From NCBI GenBank assembly GCA_963716395.1, contig OY970309.1, positions 992,001-1,056,000 of the forward strand: DNA of 64,000 nucleotides, given 5' to 3'. Shown piece by piece: positions 38,628 through 48,969 of this stretch. Position 1 is the stretch's first letter. Each line of letters opens with the position of its first letter. The translations under genes and the position numbers were made by a program. Source of the DNA: an uncultured Fibrobacteria bacterium. Lineage in GTDB: Bacteria > Fibrobacterota > Fibrobacteria > UBA11236. The notes below the pieces were generated by a model. It was given only the letters and a program-made list of their open reading frames with translations. It was not told where the DNA came from and did no database searches.

Positions 38628-39479
38628 TCAGGCGCCGGCGAGGCTTTGGCCCAGCGCGGCGATCTCGGCCTTGCGCTCTTCCAACCATTCGCCGAACAGC
38701 ACCAATTGCTCCAGGGGGATGCACAGCCTTTCGAGATGCGCTTCTGAAGTGGGCGGCGGTCCTTCGTGATCGCTCAAAGACAATTGGAAGCCATGGCAGA
38801 CGAGATCGGAGAGATGGATGAGCGCCGCGGCGGCGGCATAATCGCCTGCGGCTTCGGGATCATGGTGATGGGCGATGACCTGCGTAAGTTCTTCAGGAAA
38901 ATTCCACTGCCGCGCCAACAAGGCTCCGGCTTCACCGTGGGTGAACCCGAGTACGCGGTTTTCGACGTCGGAAATCGCGGCCGGCGACACCTGCAGGGCT
39001 TGATCCACTGCGGGGAAAACCCCGCCGGCGATTTCCAGCAAGATGCCCAGGTCATGCAACAAACCCATGCTGAAAAATTCTTCCTGCTCGGGCGGGGGCT
39101 TGCCCAGAAAGCCGGCCATATGGCGGGCCAGCAAGCCCACGGCCAGCGAGTGGCTCCAATATCCGGCCCACGCCGGTGAAGGCCCGGGCGTGAGTCCGGC
39201 CGCTAGGGCCAGCCGCGCCACGTTCTGGTTGCCGAGGCGCACCACCGCGGCTTTGAGCGAGGCCACCGAACGCGGCATGCCGAACAAGGCCGAGTTCGCC
39301 GACTTGAGCACCCGCGAAGTCAGGCCCGGTTCACGTTCGAGCACGGCCACCAGGCTTTGCGCCGAGCAAACCGGATCGCGCAGGACTTCCAGCGTCTTGG
39401 CGATTAAAACGGGATTGCGGAAACCGTCGAGATATTTCTGAACGAACGCTTCGGCCTTCGGGTTTTGCGCCTCGGGCAT
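38628..39479 (-). CDS. HDOD domain protein
   Basis: VLKSANSALFG, AVVRLG, YWSHS, GLLHDLG, LARQWNFP. Confidence 0.88.
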   Translation of the reverse strand: MPEAQNPKAEAFVQKYLDGFRNPVLIAKTLEVLRDPVCSAQSLVAVLEREPGLTSRVLKSANSALFGMPRSVASLKAAVVRLGNQNVARLALAAGLTPGPSPAWAGYWSHSLAVGLLARHMAGFLGKPPPEQEEFFSMGLLHDLGILLEIAGGVFPAVDQALQVSPAAISDVENRVLGFTHGEAGALLARQWNFPEELTQVIAHHHDPEAAGDYAAAAALIHLSDLVCHGFQLSLSDHEGPPPTSEAHLERLCIPLEQLVLFGEWLEERKAEIAALGQSLAGA

Positions 39480-39489
39480 GGGCGGCCCG

Positions 39490-40377
39490 TCAATTGGCTT
39501 CGATGAGGTTGAAAAAGGGTTCGCCTTCGAGAATGTGGCGATCGAGTTCGAGCAGAATCTGTTCTTCGCTCATTCCCAACGCCAAAGTTCCCTCCACTTC
39601 GCGCACCAGCGGGGCGAAGGTTTCCCGGTCCATGCAGCCGCTGCCTTTGAGATGCGCCAGATGATTGGCGTAATGGATGATGGCCGCCAGCTCGGGAAGT
39701 TCGCGTTCGGCCAGCGGCGTGTGGTGCATCGCAATCGGGTTCTTCAGTTCCAGGGGCATTTGCCATTTGTCCACCAACATGCCGCTGACCTCGGCATGGT
39801 GAATGCCGAGCAGCGACTTCTCCACCTGGTACAGCGGCAATTCCTTTTCGCGCGCGGTGCGCAGCACGGGCAGATATTCGGCATTGGAAAATTGTTCGAG
39901 GATGAGTTTGCCCACATCGTGCAGCAGTCCGGCGGAAAAAGCCATTTCCAAATCGACCAGTTTGCGCCGGCGGTAGATCTGTGCCACCATGCGCGCGGCG
40001 ATGCCCACCATGAAAGAGTGTTTCCAAAAGGCCTTGCGGTCGAAGGAAACGGTGCCGGGTTTGGCCGGAAACACCTTGAGCACCGAGGCCGAGAGCACCA
40101 AGGAGCGAATCGTGTTGAACCCCAGAATGACGATGGCCGAATTCACCGACGAGATGGTGCGTGGAATTCCATAAAAGGCCGAGTTCGCCAGCCGCAACAC
40201 CTTGGAAGTCAGCGCCACGTCTTTGGCGATGAAACGGGCCACATCTTCGGCGTTCGACTTGGGATCATTCACGATTTGCATCACCTTGGCGGCGATGGTG
40301 GGCATGGTCGGTATTTGCCCCAAATCCTGGACGATTTTCTGGTAGCGTTTGGCGGTTGCTTCGGTCATAGCGCGCAA
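39490..40377 (-). CDS. HDOD domain protein
   Basis: IPTMP, VLRLANSAFYG, FWKHS, GLLHDVGK, KWQMP. Confidence 0.9.
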   Translation of the reverse strand: MRAMTEATAKRYQKIVQDLGQIPTMPTIAAKVMQIVNDPKSNAEDVARFIAKDVALTSKVLRLANSAFYGIPRTISSVNSAIVILGFNTIRSLVLSASVLKVFPAKPGTVSFDRKAFWKHSFMVGIAARMVAQIYRRRKLVDLEMAFSAGLLHDVGKLILEQFSNAEYLPVLRTAREKELPLYQVEKSLLGIHHAEVSGMLVDKWQMPLELKNPIAMHHTPLAERELPELAAIIHYANHLAHLKGSGCMDRETFAPLVREVEGTLALGMSEEQILLELDRHILEGEPFFNLIEAN

Positions 40378-40441
40378 ATTCCGGGAAGGTCAACCCATTC
40401 TAACATGGGTTGAAGCGGAAGAAAAGAGAATTTTGAGGCGC

Positions 40442-41038
40442 TTAAATCCGACTTTCGATGGCGTCGATCATGCCATAGGTTTTGGCTTCATCGGCGGTCA
40501 TGAAATAGTCACGATCCGTGTCGGTTTCGATTTTGGAGATCGGATGCCCGGTGTGTTTGGCCAAAATTTCGTTCAAGGTCTGCCGAATACGCAGCATTTC
40601 CTCGGCTTGAATCTCGATATCCGAGGCCGGACCGTACATCTGACCCGACACCAAAGGTTGGTGGATCATCACCCGCGCATTGGGCCAGGCCAGGCGTTTT
40701 CCCGCCTGCCCGCCGGCCAAGAGCACGGCACCCATGCTGGCGGCCTGCCCGCACACGATGGTCGACACATTCGACTTCACCGCCTGCATGGCGTCATAAA
40801 TCGCCAGACCCGAAGAGATGACGCCGCCGGGGCTGTTGATGTAGAGCGTGATGTCATCCTGATTGAGGGAGTCGAGATACATCAACTGCTTCACGATACG
40901 CTCGGCGCTTTGATCGTCGACCACCGACCATAAAAAAATCCTGCGTTGCTTCAGGAACGATTCGACGATCTCCTTGGTCAAGGCCATGGGGCTTTCGTCT
41001 TTTTCTTTTTCCTTGTCGTTCATCCAAATTGCCGGCAT
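40442..41038 (-). CDS. clpP: ATP-dependent Clp protease proteolytic subunit
   Basis: YINSPGG, GQAASMG (Ser), MIHQP (His), DTDRDYFM (Asp). Confidence 0.95.
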   Translation of the reverse strand: MPAIWMNDKEKEKDESPMALTKEIVESFLKQRRIFLWSVVDDQSAERIVKQLMYLDSLNQDDITLYINSPGGVISSGLAIYDAMQAVKSNVSTIVCGQAASMGAVLLAGGQAGKRLAWPNARVMIHQPLVSGQMYGPASDIEIQAEEMLRIRQTLNEILAKHTGHPISKIETDTDRDYFMTADEAKTYGMIDAIESRI

Positions 41039-41176
41039 AGCATCCGCCTTCTCGGAAATAGTGAAATCGCGAAATCGTTCGCGCTGGTTCCGGTGCGATA
41101 AAATACATCGCGGCGGCAATCCTTGAAAATCACGCGCGTGGCGTTGCAAGATGACACGGGTCACGTGGCCGTCGGT

Positions 41177-42595
41177 TTATAACTCCGACCAAACCGCCGT
41201 ACCGTCGGGATTGTCTTTGAGGGCAAAGCCGCGCGCGCGGAACTCTGCGCGGATCGCGTCGCTGCGCGCCCAGTTTTTGCTCCGGCGCGCTTCGCGCCGC
41301 TCGGCAAGCAGCGCCGCCAGGTCGTCGGGCAATGCGGCCGCGGTTTCAAGCGGCACCGACTGGTCCAGGCGCAGCCCCAGCACGCGGTCGAAGTCGACCA
41401 CCAGCGTGGCGCGTTCGCCTTCGAGCAGGTCGGCATCTTTGAGCATCAGATTCAGCACTCCGAGCGCCTTGGGAAGATTCAAGTCGTCGCGCACGGCTGC
41501 GAAAAAACGCTCGCGCCATTCCCGACCCAGATCCGAGCGCACGGGCGCGGTGCGACCGATGAGGGGATCGGTTTTCTTGCGCAGGTTGCGCAGCGAGTCG
41601 CGCGCGCCGTCCAGGGCCCCGTAGCTGAAATGCAAATAATTGCGGTAATGCGCGGTGAGGCAGAGATAGCGGTAGTCGAGCGGGCCGTATCCGCGCTGGA
41701 TCAACGTATCGACGGTGACGAATTCACCGGCCGACTTCGACATTTTACCACCGCCGTCGTCGCCCCCTTCGAGCAGCCAGCCGCCATGCATCCAATAGCG
41801 CGCGAAGGGTTTGCCCGTGGCGCATTCGGACTGCGCGATTTCATTGGTGTGGTGCACGCGCACCAAGTCGCTGCCGCCGCAATGGATGTCGAGCGTTTCG
41901 CCCAGCAGTTTCATGGCCATGGCCGAGCATTCGACATGCCAGCCGGGAAAGCCGCGGCCCCAGGGCGAATCCCATTCCATGATGCGCTGCGCCTCGACCG
42001 GAGAAAACTTCCACAAGGCGAAGTCGGTGGGGTGGCGCTTGCCTTCGGCCAACGCCACGCGCGCGCCGGCCTGCAAGCCTTCGACATCGAGCCGCGCGAA
42101 ATCGGGGTAACGGGGAAATTTCGCCGTGTCGAAATAGATGCCGTCGCCGTCGATGGCATAGGTATAGCCCTTGCTTTCCAGCGTGCGGATCAATTCGATT
42201 TGCTCGGGAATATGCGCCGTGGCGCGCGGCCAGGCGCTGGGCCAGAGGAGATTCAGCGCCTTCCAGTCTTTCCAGAAGGCCTGGGTATAATACTCGGCGA
42301 TTTCCCAGGCGGTTTTGCCTTCGCGCCGCGCGCCCTTCTCCATCTTGTCTTCGCCGGTGTCGGCATCGGAGGTCAAATGCCCCACGTCGGTGATGTTCAC
42401 CACATGCTGCACCGCGTAACCTTCGGCTTCGAGCGCCCGCCGCAGCAAATCTTCGAACACGGCGGTGCGCAGATTGCCGATATGGGCGAAGTGGTATACC
42501 GTGGGACCGCAGCAATACAGGCGCACCACGCCGGGCGTGAGCGGCTCGAAATCTTCGACTTGCCGCTTAGCGGTGTTATACAACCGGAGCGTCAT
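41177..42595 (-). CDS. cysS: Cysteinyl-tRNA synthetase
   Basis: CGPTVY..AHIGN, PGWHVECSAM, KMSKS. Confidence 0.97.
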   Translation of the reverse strand: MTLRLYNTAKRQVEDFEPLTPGVVRLYCCGPTVYHFAHIGNLRTAVFEDLLRRALEAEGYAVQHVVNITDVGHLTSDADTGEDKMEKGARREGKTAWEIAEYYTQAFWKDWKALNLLWPSAWPRATAHIPEQIELIRTLESKGYTYAIDGDGIYFDTAKFPRYPDFARLDVEGLQAGARVALAEGKRHPTDFALWKFSPVEAQRIMEWDSPWGRGFPGWHVECSAMAMKLLGETLDIHCGGSDLVRVHHTNEIAQSECATGKPFARYWMHGGWLLEGGDDGGGKMSKSAGEFVTVDTLIQRGYGPLDYRYLCLTAHYRNYLHFSYGALDGARDSLRNLRKKTDPLIGRTAPVRSDLGREWRERFFAAVRDDLNLPKALGVLNLMLKDADLLEGERATLVVDFDRVLGLRLDQSVPLETAAALPDDLAALLAERREARRSKNWARSDAIRAEFRARGFALKDNPDGTAVWSEL

Positions 42596-42642
42596 GGGAA
42601 AGCAAATTTCACTTGGCCCGCATCAAAATGCAAATCCATTCC

Positions 42643-44082
42643 CTACTCTTCCGGCACACCCACCAAGGTGATGTAGAGAATTCCGTATTCCAACGGCAGG
42701 TTCAGCAGCGCATTGGCCCGATCGTCGTAGTAGCCGCCGATGCCCGACGAGCCGAGATCGCGATGCACGGCCCAGAGCTGGATGCGCTCGCCGATTTGGC
42801 CCGCATCCATGCAGGCGTAGCGGTAACCCCGGTCGCCGTATACCGAAACCAATTGGGGAATGTCGACCACGGCGATCCACGCCCACGCGCATTCGGCCGC
42901 CAGGTCCTGACCCAGACAGACCTCGCGTAGCGCTTCGCGGAAATCGCCGGTTTGCAGCGCCGTCCAGGCTAAGGTGGAGGGATCCACCGCGTAAAGCCCG
43001 GGAGTACGCCCTTCGATGGCGAACGCCGCCACATAAAATTTCAATTGCCCCGGCGCCAGACTCCACTCGCCGGCGGCCGCGCGAAAGGCGAAGCGCAGCA
43101 TGTCTTCGGCGTCCTTGAGCAGCAGGGAACCGCCGTTGAACTTGCGCGTGGAACGCCGGCGCAGGATCACCGACTGCGGATTGAAGCCCGCGGCGTCGAA
43201 TGCGATGCCCGCCTCCCGGGTCGGAACCGCGGAACGCAAGGGCAAATCGGCATACAGCCGCTCGCAGGCGTTTTGCTGCACTTGCAGCGAATCTTCGGCC
43301 TGCACCCGGCGCGAAGACTCGGCCGGCAGCGCGCCGGGACGCTGGCCCGCGGCGACGGGCGTTGCCTGGCCCACAGCCACGCCCAGCAGGGGGAACTCTT
43401 CTTTCGCGGACAAGAACAGCAATTCCTCCAACCCCGCATCGTAAAACCCGCCGAGCAAGGTCGTGGACAAACCCAGGGCCAAGGCCGTCTCCTGCAAATT
43501 GGCGGCGGCATGACCGGTATCGAGCAGGATACGGCGGTAGGCCCGTTCCTTGTATCGCCACGCCCCGCGGTTATAGATACCGGTGAACAGAAACAGGCAG
43601 TGGCCGGCCGCGGCCGGATGATCGAGAAAGTGATGGCGTAGATCCGCGGAGAAGTCGCCCTCCCACACCGGTATCAACGCCGACTTCTGGGAATGGTAGT
43701 GGTAGATGCCCGAGGGCAAATCCGCAAACCCGCGCACCGCCACATACACCTCGGTGGGATACAACCCGCCGGCCGACGGCGCGGCGCGCAAAAACTGATC
43801 GGTGCCGCCGCCCGAGAGGCGGGCCGTGAGGCCGAGGGTGAAATACAAGAGGCGGGCCAAGGCGGGCAAGGCCTCGTCCTGCAGCCAGGGCGCGGTGGAA
43901 TCGGGCGGCGCTTCGAGATGCGCGAACAAAAGCTTGAGATGCGGCACCAGATCGACCTTGCGGCCGGGCGGTACGTCTTTGAACGGCTCGGGTTGATCTT
44001 CCCAGCGCACGGCCCCCAGCCGGTCGATGGTTTCGGGGCGATACTTGGTCAACTCGTGGTAGCGCTCGGTGAAACTGGGCAA
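42643..44082 (-). CDS. SagB/ThcOx-family FMN oxidoreductase with two nitroreductase-like domains
   Basis: YHELTKY, LRAAPSAGGLYPTEVY, WRYKERAYR..LDTGH, RRRSTR, YGDRGYRYACMDAG. Confidence 0.85.
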   Translation of the reverse strand: MPSFTERYHELTKYRPETIDRLGAVRWEDQPEPFKDVPPGRKVDLVPHLKLLFAHLEAPPDSTAPWLQDEALPALARLLYFTLGLTARLSGGGTDQFLRAAPSAGGLYPTEVYVAVRGFADLPSGIYHYHSQKSALIPVWEGDFSADLRHHFLDHPAAAGHCLFLFTGIYNRGAWRYKERAYRRILLDTGHAAANLQETALALGLSTTLLGGFYDAGLEELLFLSAKEEFPLLGVAVGQATPVAAGQRPGALPAESSRRVQAEDSLQVQQNACERLYADLPLRSAVPTREAGIAFDAAGFNPQSVILRRRSTRKFNGGSLLLKDAEDMLRFAFRAAAGEWSLAPGQLKFYVAAFAIEGRTPGLYAVDPSTLAWTALQTGDFREALREVCLGQDLAAECAWAWIAVVDIPQLVSVYGDRGYRYACMDAGQIGERIQLWAVHRDLGSSGIGGYYDDRANALLNLPLEYGILYITLVGVPEE

Positions 44083-44249
44083 ACAAACTCCCGGAAATCG
44101 AAATGAACCCGCGCCGGACCAGCCCGCGCGGACAGCCAAACCTAACTAGTTGGCCACGGATTGAAACCCTTTCATCGCAGCGCGCGCCCACCGCGTTCGG
44201 CCCCTCCAGGCCGCGGAGAATACCGGATTTTGTACACTATACCCTTCCG

Positions 44250-47200
44250 ATGAAAATTCGCGCCTGTATTCTAGGGCTCGCGCTGCTGCCCGCCCTGGCT
44301 CTGGGATTCAGCCTCAACCGCAACGCGGCCCAAATCGACTGGCGCACGGTCGAGACCGAGCATTTCCGCATCCACTATCCCAAAGAGCTGGAAGGCGTGG
44401 CGGCCTACGTGGCGGGCGTGGCCGAAAGCGTGGCGCAGGAAAAAATCCAACGCTACCGCCTCAAGCTGCCCAACAAGGTGGAGTTTACCATCCGCGACGA
44501 CATCTACTCGAACGGCTGGGCCAACGCCCTGGAAAACTCGATGAATGTGTGGGTGACCGATTGGGATTTTCCCGTGCGCAGCACCCACAACTGGATTCGC
44601 GATGTGGTGACGCATGAATTCTCGCATCTGGTTTCCATCCAATCGGGCAGCAAGCTGCCCGCCTTTGTGCAGGGCCTGGTGATCGGCTACCAGAGCTATT
44701 ACAACGCTCCGGTGCAGGGCAATTTGGCCACCATCATTCCCTTCACCGAACAGCCTAACTGGTTCGCCGAAGGCGTGGCCCAATACGAGTCTTCAATTGC
44801 GGGATTCGACGCCTGGGATTCGCACCGCGACATGATCCTGCGCGTGGCCTGCCTCAACAACAAGCTGATTTCCATCGACCGCATGGGAACCTTCACCGGC
44901 ACCGGCCTGCAATACGAACAAGGCCCCTACACCCAGGGCTTCGCCCTGGTACGCTATATCTCGCAACGCTACGGCGACGCCGCCATACCCAAATTATGGA
45001 GCGAAAACGCTCGCATCTACCGCCAGACCTTTTCCGGCGCGGCGAAGGTGGTGTTGGGCGTTTCCGATCGCGAGTTGTACGAGGAGTGGAAAAACGACAT
45101 CACCGAACATTACACCGAACAGGTGCAGGCCTTGGGCCACACCGTGGAAGGGCAGAAGCTCACCTCGGCGGGCTTTTACAACTATTATCCGCGCTGGGAT
45201 CACCAGGGGCGCGGCATTTTTTTCGTGGGCAATCCCGGCAGCGAAACCTTTCGATCCACTTTGCAGTATTTGAAAATCGCCGACACCGCCAAGGCCGAAG
45301 ACGAACGCTACCAACCCATTGCCGGCGTGCACGGGTATTTCGACGTGGGTCGCGACGACAGCACCTTTCTGTTTGCTTCGGCCCTGGCCACCGATTCCGA
45401 AGGGATTCATAAAATCGACCTGTACCAGCGCAATGTGCGCCGGCAGGCGCCTTTTTTCGAGGGGCGCGACCCCACGGAAAAGCGTTTCACCTTTGACCTG
45501 AACGCCGACCAGGCGAATTACAGCCCCGACGGCAAGCACGTCACCTTTGTGCGCGCCGTACCCGCCGGCTTCAAGCTGTGCATCGCGCCCGTGCCTTCCG
45601 GGCGCAAATTGCCGGCCGATTCCATCCGCACCCTGTTCCCGTCGGATTCGGTGTCGGAAAACGAATTCGGATTCAATGTGTACACCCCGAAGTTTTCCCC
45701 CGACGGAAGCAAAATCCTTTTTTCCTATTACGATCTCGATTCGCGCAAAATCGGGATGATCAATACCGACGGCACCGGCTTCACCCCGCTGCTGACGCGG
45801 CGTTATGATCAGCGCGACCCGGAATGGGCGCCGGACGGCAAATCGTTCTTTTTCTCCTCCGACACCAACGGCATTTACAACATCTACCGCTACACCTTCG
45901 CCACCCATGCCATCGAAGCTTTGACCAATGTGGTGGGCGGCGCCTTCGCCCCCGCGGTCGATCCGGCGGGCAAGCGGCTCGCCTTCATCAATTACGACGC
46001 CGACGGTTTTTCGCTGTATTTACTCAACGACCTGAAGCCGCTGGCGCACGGGCCGGTCGGGGTGCGTTTTCGGCGTGTGAAGCTCGGACCCATCGAACCC
46101 ATCGATTGCGCCGGGCACAGCCAGCCTTATTCGCCCGTGCCCACGCGCGGAATTCTGACGCCCATCCTCTACGGCGAGCAGATGATCGCCACCACGCCCA
46201 TCGCCCGCGAAGGCCAGACCAAATGGCTGGGCGGCGTGACCGGATATTGGAACGATCCCGTACTCAAAAACGAAATCAATGCGGGGCTGCTGTTGCAGCT
46301 CGGCAACGGGTTCGATTACTTCGGCACCAACAGCGATTTATTGTCGCCCGACCAGGAGTCGCAGTTTTTCGTCGGCGCTTCCAACCACTCCACGCCCGTG
46401 ACCTTGGGCGTCGACTATTTCCGCGGCAACTTGACCACGGACGACACCGTCACGCTACAGGATCAAGTCGCCGGACAGAACACCGCAGAGATCCAGAACT
46501 ATGCCATCACCTTCCGCGACGCCGAAGCTTCGGCGTCGTACAACCTCTTCGACGCCGAAGCCGTGGGCGACGAAGACCAGACCAATTACGTCAGCCTGAC
46601 CGGCGGCTATGCCTGGAACGATTTCAACTTCTACAATCTGGGCGGCGGGCAGGGCTTCGACTTCACCTATTACCGCGATTTGTTCGCCAGCGCCCAGCTC
46701 AACCTTTCCAGCTCGAATTACAGCGACAAAAGCCTGGTGGCGCCCACGGGCATGGCCGCTTCGCTGGCCTACACCTTGAGCCAAAGCGACCTCATGCGCA
46801 ACGGCACCTTTGCACAAACCTTCACCTTCAACAGCAACGGCACCCTGTCGCCCGTGTACCGCACCTATCAGTTGAACGAACTCGACGGCGGCTTCAGCTA
46901 CAGCCTGCCCATGCCCTGGGCGCGCCACAGCGCCTTGGTGGCCTCGGGCTTCGTGGGCAGCCTGCTCGATTGGAATTTGACCACCAAAAATCAGGGTCCC
47001 GACACCCTTGACTCGTTTTTCCAGAAGGGGCTGACGCTGCGCGGTTACCCCTATCTGCGCGATATCGAAGACCTGGCCTTCGGGGGCGAGAATGCCGTGA
47101 GCATGAGCTTCGACATGAATCAGCCGGTGTGGCCCAATATCTACCGCAGGTTTTGGACCGTACTGGTCGAAGATCTGTATCTCGATGCCTTTTGGGAGGC

Positions 47201-47561
47201 GGGACGAGCCTGGAACGGACCGCTGTGGGATTTGCAACTGTTTTCGCCCTCGGCCTGGCAACCGGAAATCCGTACCGACGGTTGGTATCAAAGCGTGGGC
47301 TTGAGCCTCAAGGTCAACGCCGTCGTGTACCACAATTATCCGTTTCTCCTGTACTTTCAGGCGGCCGCGGGATTGTCGGGCATTCCCGACGGCCACGGCG
47401 GGTTGATGCCGCTCTCCGACATCTATTGGGGATCGCTCAATACCCACGCCACGCGCATCGCCTTCGGCATTTCCTTCGGACTGTACAACGGTTTGTTGCG
47501 GCAGAGCGAAGCCCGCAACCCCATGAATCCCAAATCGCCCTTCGACAACAATCGTTGGTAA
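44250..47561 (+). CDS. Exported fusion: gluzincin-like peptidase domain + TolB/PD40 beta-propeller + putative Omp85-like barrel
   Basis: Signal peptide, THEFSH...WFAEGVAQY, repeated (W/F/Y)SPDG motifs, C-terminal LRGY motif and amphipathic strands. Confidence 0.7.
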   Translation: MKIRACILGLALLPALALGFSLNRNAAQIDWRTVETEHFRIHYPKELEGVAAYVAGVAESVAQEKIQRYRLKLPNKVEFTIRDDIYSNGWANALENSMNVWVTDWDFPVRSTHNWIRDVVTHEFSHLVSIQSGSKLPAFVQGLVIGYQSYYNAPVQGNLATIIPFTEQPNWFAEGVAQYESSIAGFDAWDSHRDMILRVACLNNKLISIDRMGTFTGTGLQYEQGPYTQGFALVRYISQRYGDAAIPKLWSENARIYRQTFSGAAKVVLGVSDRELYEEWKNDITEHYTEQVQALGHTVEGQKLTSAGFYNYYPRWDHQGRGIFFVGNPGSETFRSTLQYLKIADTAKAEDERYQPIAGVHGYFDVGRDDSTFLFASALATDSEGIHKIDLYQRNVRRQAPFFEGRDPTEKRFTFDLNADQANYSPDGKHVTFVRAVPAGFKLCIAPVPSGRKLPADSIRTLFPSDSVSENEFGFNVYTPKFSPDGSKILFSYYDLDSRKIGMINTDGTGFTPLLTRRYDQRDPEWAPDGKSFFFSSDTNGIYNIYRYTFATHAIEALTNVVGGAFAPAVDPAGKRLAFINYDADGFSLYLLNDLKPLAHGPVGVRFRRVKLGPIEPIDCAGHSQPYSPVPTRGILTPILYGEQMIATTPIAREGQTKWLGGVTGYWNDPVLKNEINAGLLLQLGNGFDYFGTNSDLLSPDQESQFFVGASNHSTPVTLGVDYFRGNLTTDDTVTLQDQVAGQNTAEIQNYAITFRDAEASASYNLFDAEAVGDEDQTNYVSLTGGYAWNDFNFYNLGGGQGFDFTYYRDLFASAQLNLSSSNYSDKSLVAPTGMAASLAYTLSQSDLMRNGTFAQTFTFNSNGTLSPVYRTYQLNELDGGFSYSLPMPWARHSALVASGFVGSLLDWNLTTKNQGPDTLDSFFQKGLTLRGYPYLRDIEDLAFGGENAVSMSFDMNQPVWPNIYRRFWTVLVEDLYLDAFWEAGRAWNGPLWDLQLFSPSAWQPEIRTDGWYQSVGLSLKVNAVVYHNYPFLLYFQAAAGLSGIPDGHGGLMPLSDIYWGSLNTHATRIAFGISFGLYNGLLRQSEARNPMNPKSPFDNNRW

Positions 47562-47563
47562 GC

Positions 47564-48463
47564 ATGGCGGCGCGCTTTCCCGCCGGAGCGTATGCCTCTG
47601 TCAACGGCCGCATTCTGCCCGCGGCGCGCGCCTCGATCTCGGTGTTCGATCGCGGGCTGGTGCTGGGCGACGGATTGTTCGAAACCGTGCGCGCCCGGCG
47701 GGGCCGGCCCGAATTCTGGGCCTTGCATTTCCGGCGCCTCACGCGATCGGCGCGACGTCTGCGGCTGAAGATTCCCATCTCTGAAACCGGCCTGCGCGAC
47801 CTCATCGCCCGGCTGTGCCGGCGCAGCCGGTTGGACGATGCCATGGTGCGCGTCACGCTGACACGCGGGCGTTACCAGGGTGGGCTTTCCATCGATCCGG
47901 ATATCGCGCCTTCGCTCATCGTCACGGTCATGCCCGTGGCCGCGCCCGAACCCGCGGTGTATGAGCGCGGTGTGGCGGTAGCCGTCTCGCACGTGAACAA
48001 AGCGGCGGCCTCGGGGCTTGACCCGGGCATCAAATCGACCAATTACCTGGCCAACATTTTCGCCAAGGCCGAAGCCGACCGCAAACAATGCTACGAAGCC
48101 GTGCTGCTCGGGGCGCGCGGCGAAATCGCCGAACTTTCCACCGCGAGTTTTTTTTGCGTCATCGACGATACGGTGATCACACCTTCGCTTTCCACCGGCA
48201 TTCTGCCCGGCATCACCCGCCAGGTGCTGCTGGGCCTGCTGCGCCGCCACCGCATCGCCTGCCGCGCAGGCGAGGTGTTTCCCCAAGATGCGGCGCGCAT
48301 GTCCGAAGCCTGGCTGTGTTCCTCGGTGCGCGGGCCTGTGCCCATCACGCGCTTTGGGGGGCGCCGCATCGGTGGCGGCAAACCCGGTGCCGTGTTCCGA
48401 CGGCTGCGGGATCTGTATGTCGCGGCCTGCGAACGCGACGTATCGGCGCCACACCGGAATTGA
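47564..48463 (+). CDS. Class IV PLP aminotransferase (IlvE/Dat/PabC family)
   Basis: DRGLVLGDGLFET, IKSTNY, ILPGITR. Confidence 0.88.
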   Translation: MAARFPAGAYASVNGRILPAARASISVFDRGLVLGDGLFETVRARRGRPEFWALHFRRLTRSARRLRLKIPISETGLRDLIARLCRRSRLDDAMVRVTLTRGRYQGGLSIDPDIAPSLIVTVMPVAAPEPAVYERGVAVAVSHVNKAAASGLDPGIKSTNYLANIFAKAEADRKQCYEAVLLGARGEIAELSTASFFCVIDDTVITPSLSTGILPGITRQVLLGLLRRHRIACRAGEVFPQDAARMSEAWLCSSVRGPVPITRFGGRRIGGGKPGAVFRRLRDLYVAACERDVSAPHRN

Positions 48464-48512
48464 ATTTTCGGCGCAAAAACCCTTCAACCTGCAGGCCCGG
48501 ATGGCATACGCT

Positions 48513-48956
48513 TCAATCTTCGGGAAATTGTCGCGCGAAAACGATGAAATCCGTGGCGGGAGGATGCAGATCGAGCCGGTTGGCCTGGGCCGCGATTTGT
48601 CCCCGGTGATAGGCACTGTGAAAACAGATCTGCGCGAGAATGTCATGCACGCGGGACTCCGATTCTTGGTTGTCGCGGCGGCGATAGCGAATCCGGCGCG
48701 CCAGATCACCGCGCAAGACCTCAGCCCATTCCGCCTCATTCTGTTCCCGCCGGGTCATCCATTGATCCACCGGTAACGGCGTCCAAGGTTCGGTTTCCGC
48801 AGCCAGGCCGAGCAGGCGCTCCAGCCAAACGCCCTCGCTTTGCAGAATATGCGCACCGAGCTTCACACAATACGCGTCTTCAACCACAGTCGGCACGCAC
48901 CAATCCAGGAGCAACCGATTGGCCCAGGCGCGGTAACCCATCAGACGTATGAACAT
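48513..48956 (-). CDS. DinB-family protein
   Basis: YRAWAN, AHIL..E..W..R, HSAYHRGQ, PPATD. Confidence 0.82.
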   Translation of the reverse strand: MFIRLMGYRAWANRLLLDWCVPTVVEDAYCVKLGAHILQSEGVWLERLLGLAAETEPWTPLPVDQWMTRREQNEAEWAEVLRGDLARRIRYRRRDNQESESRVHDILAQICFHSAYHRGQIAAQANRLDLHPPATDFIVFARQFPED

Positions 48957-48969
48957 GACTTTACCCCTT

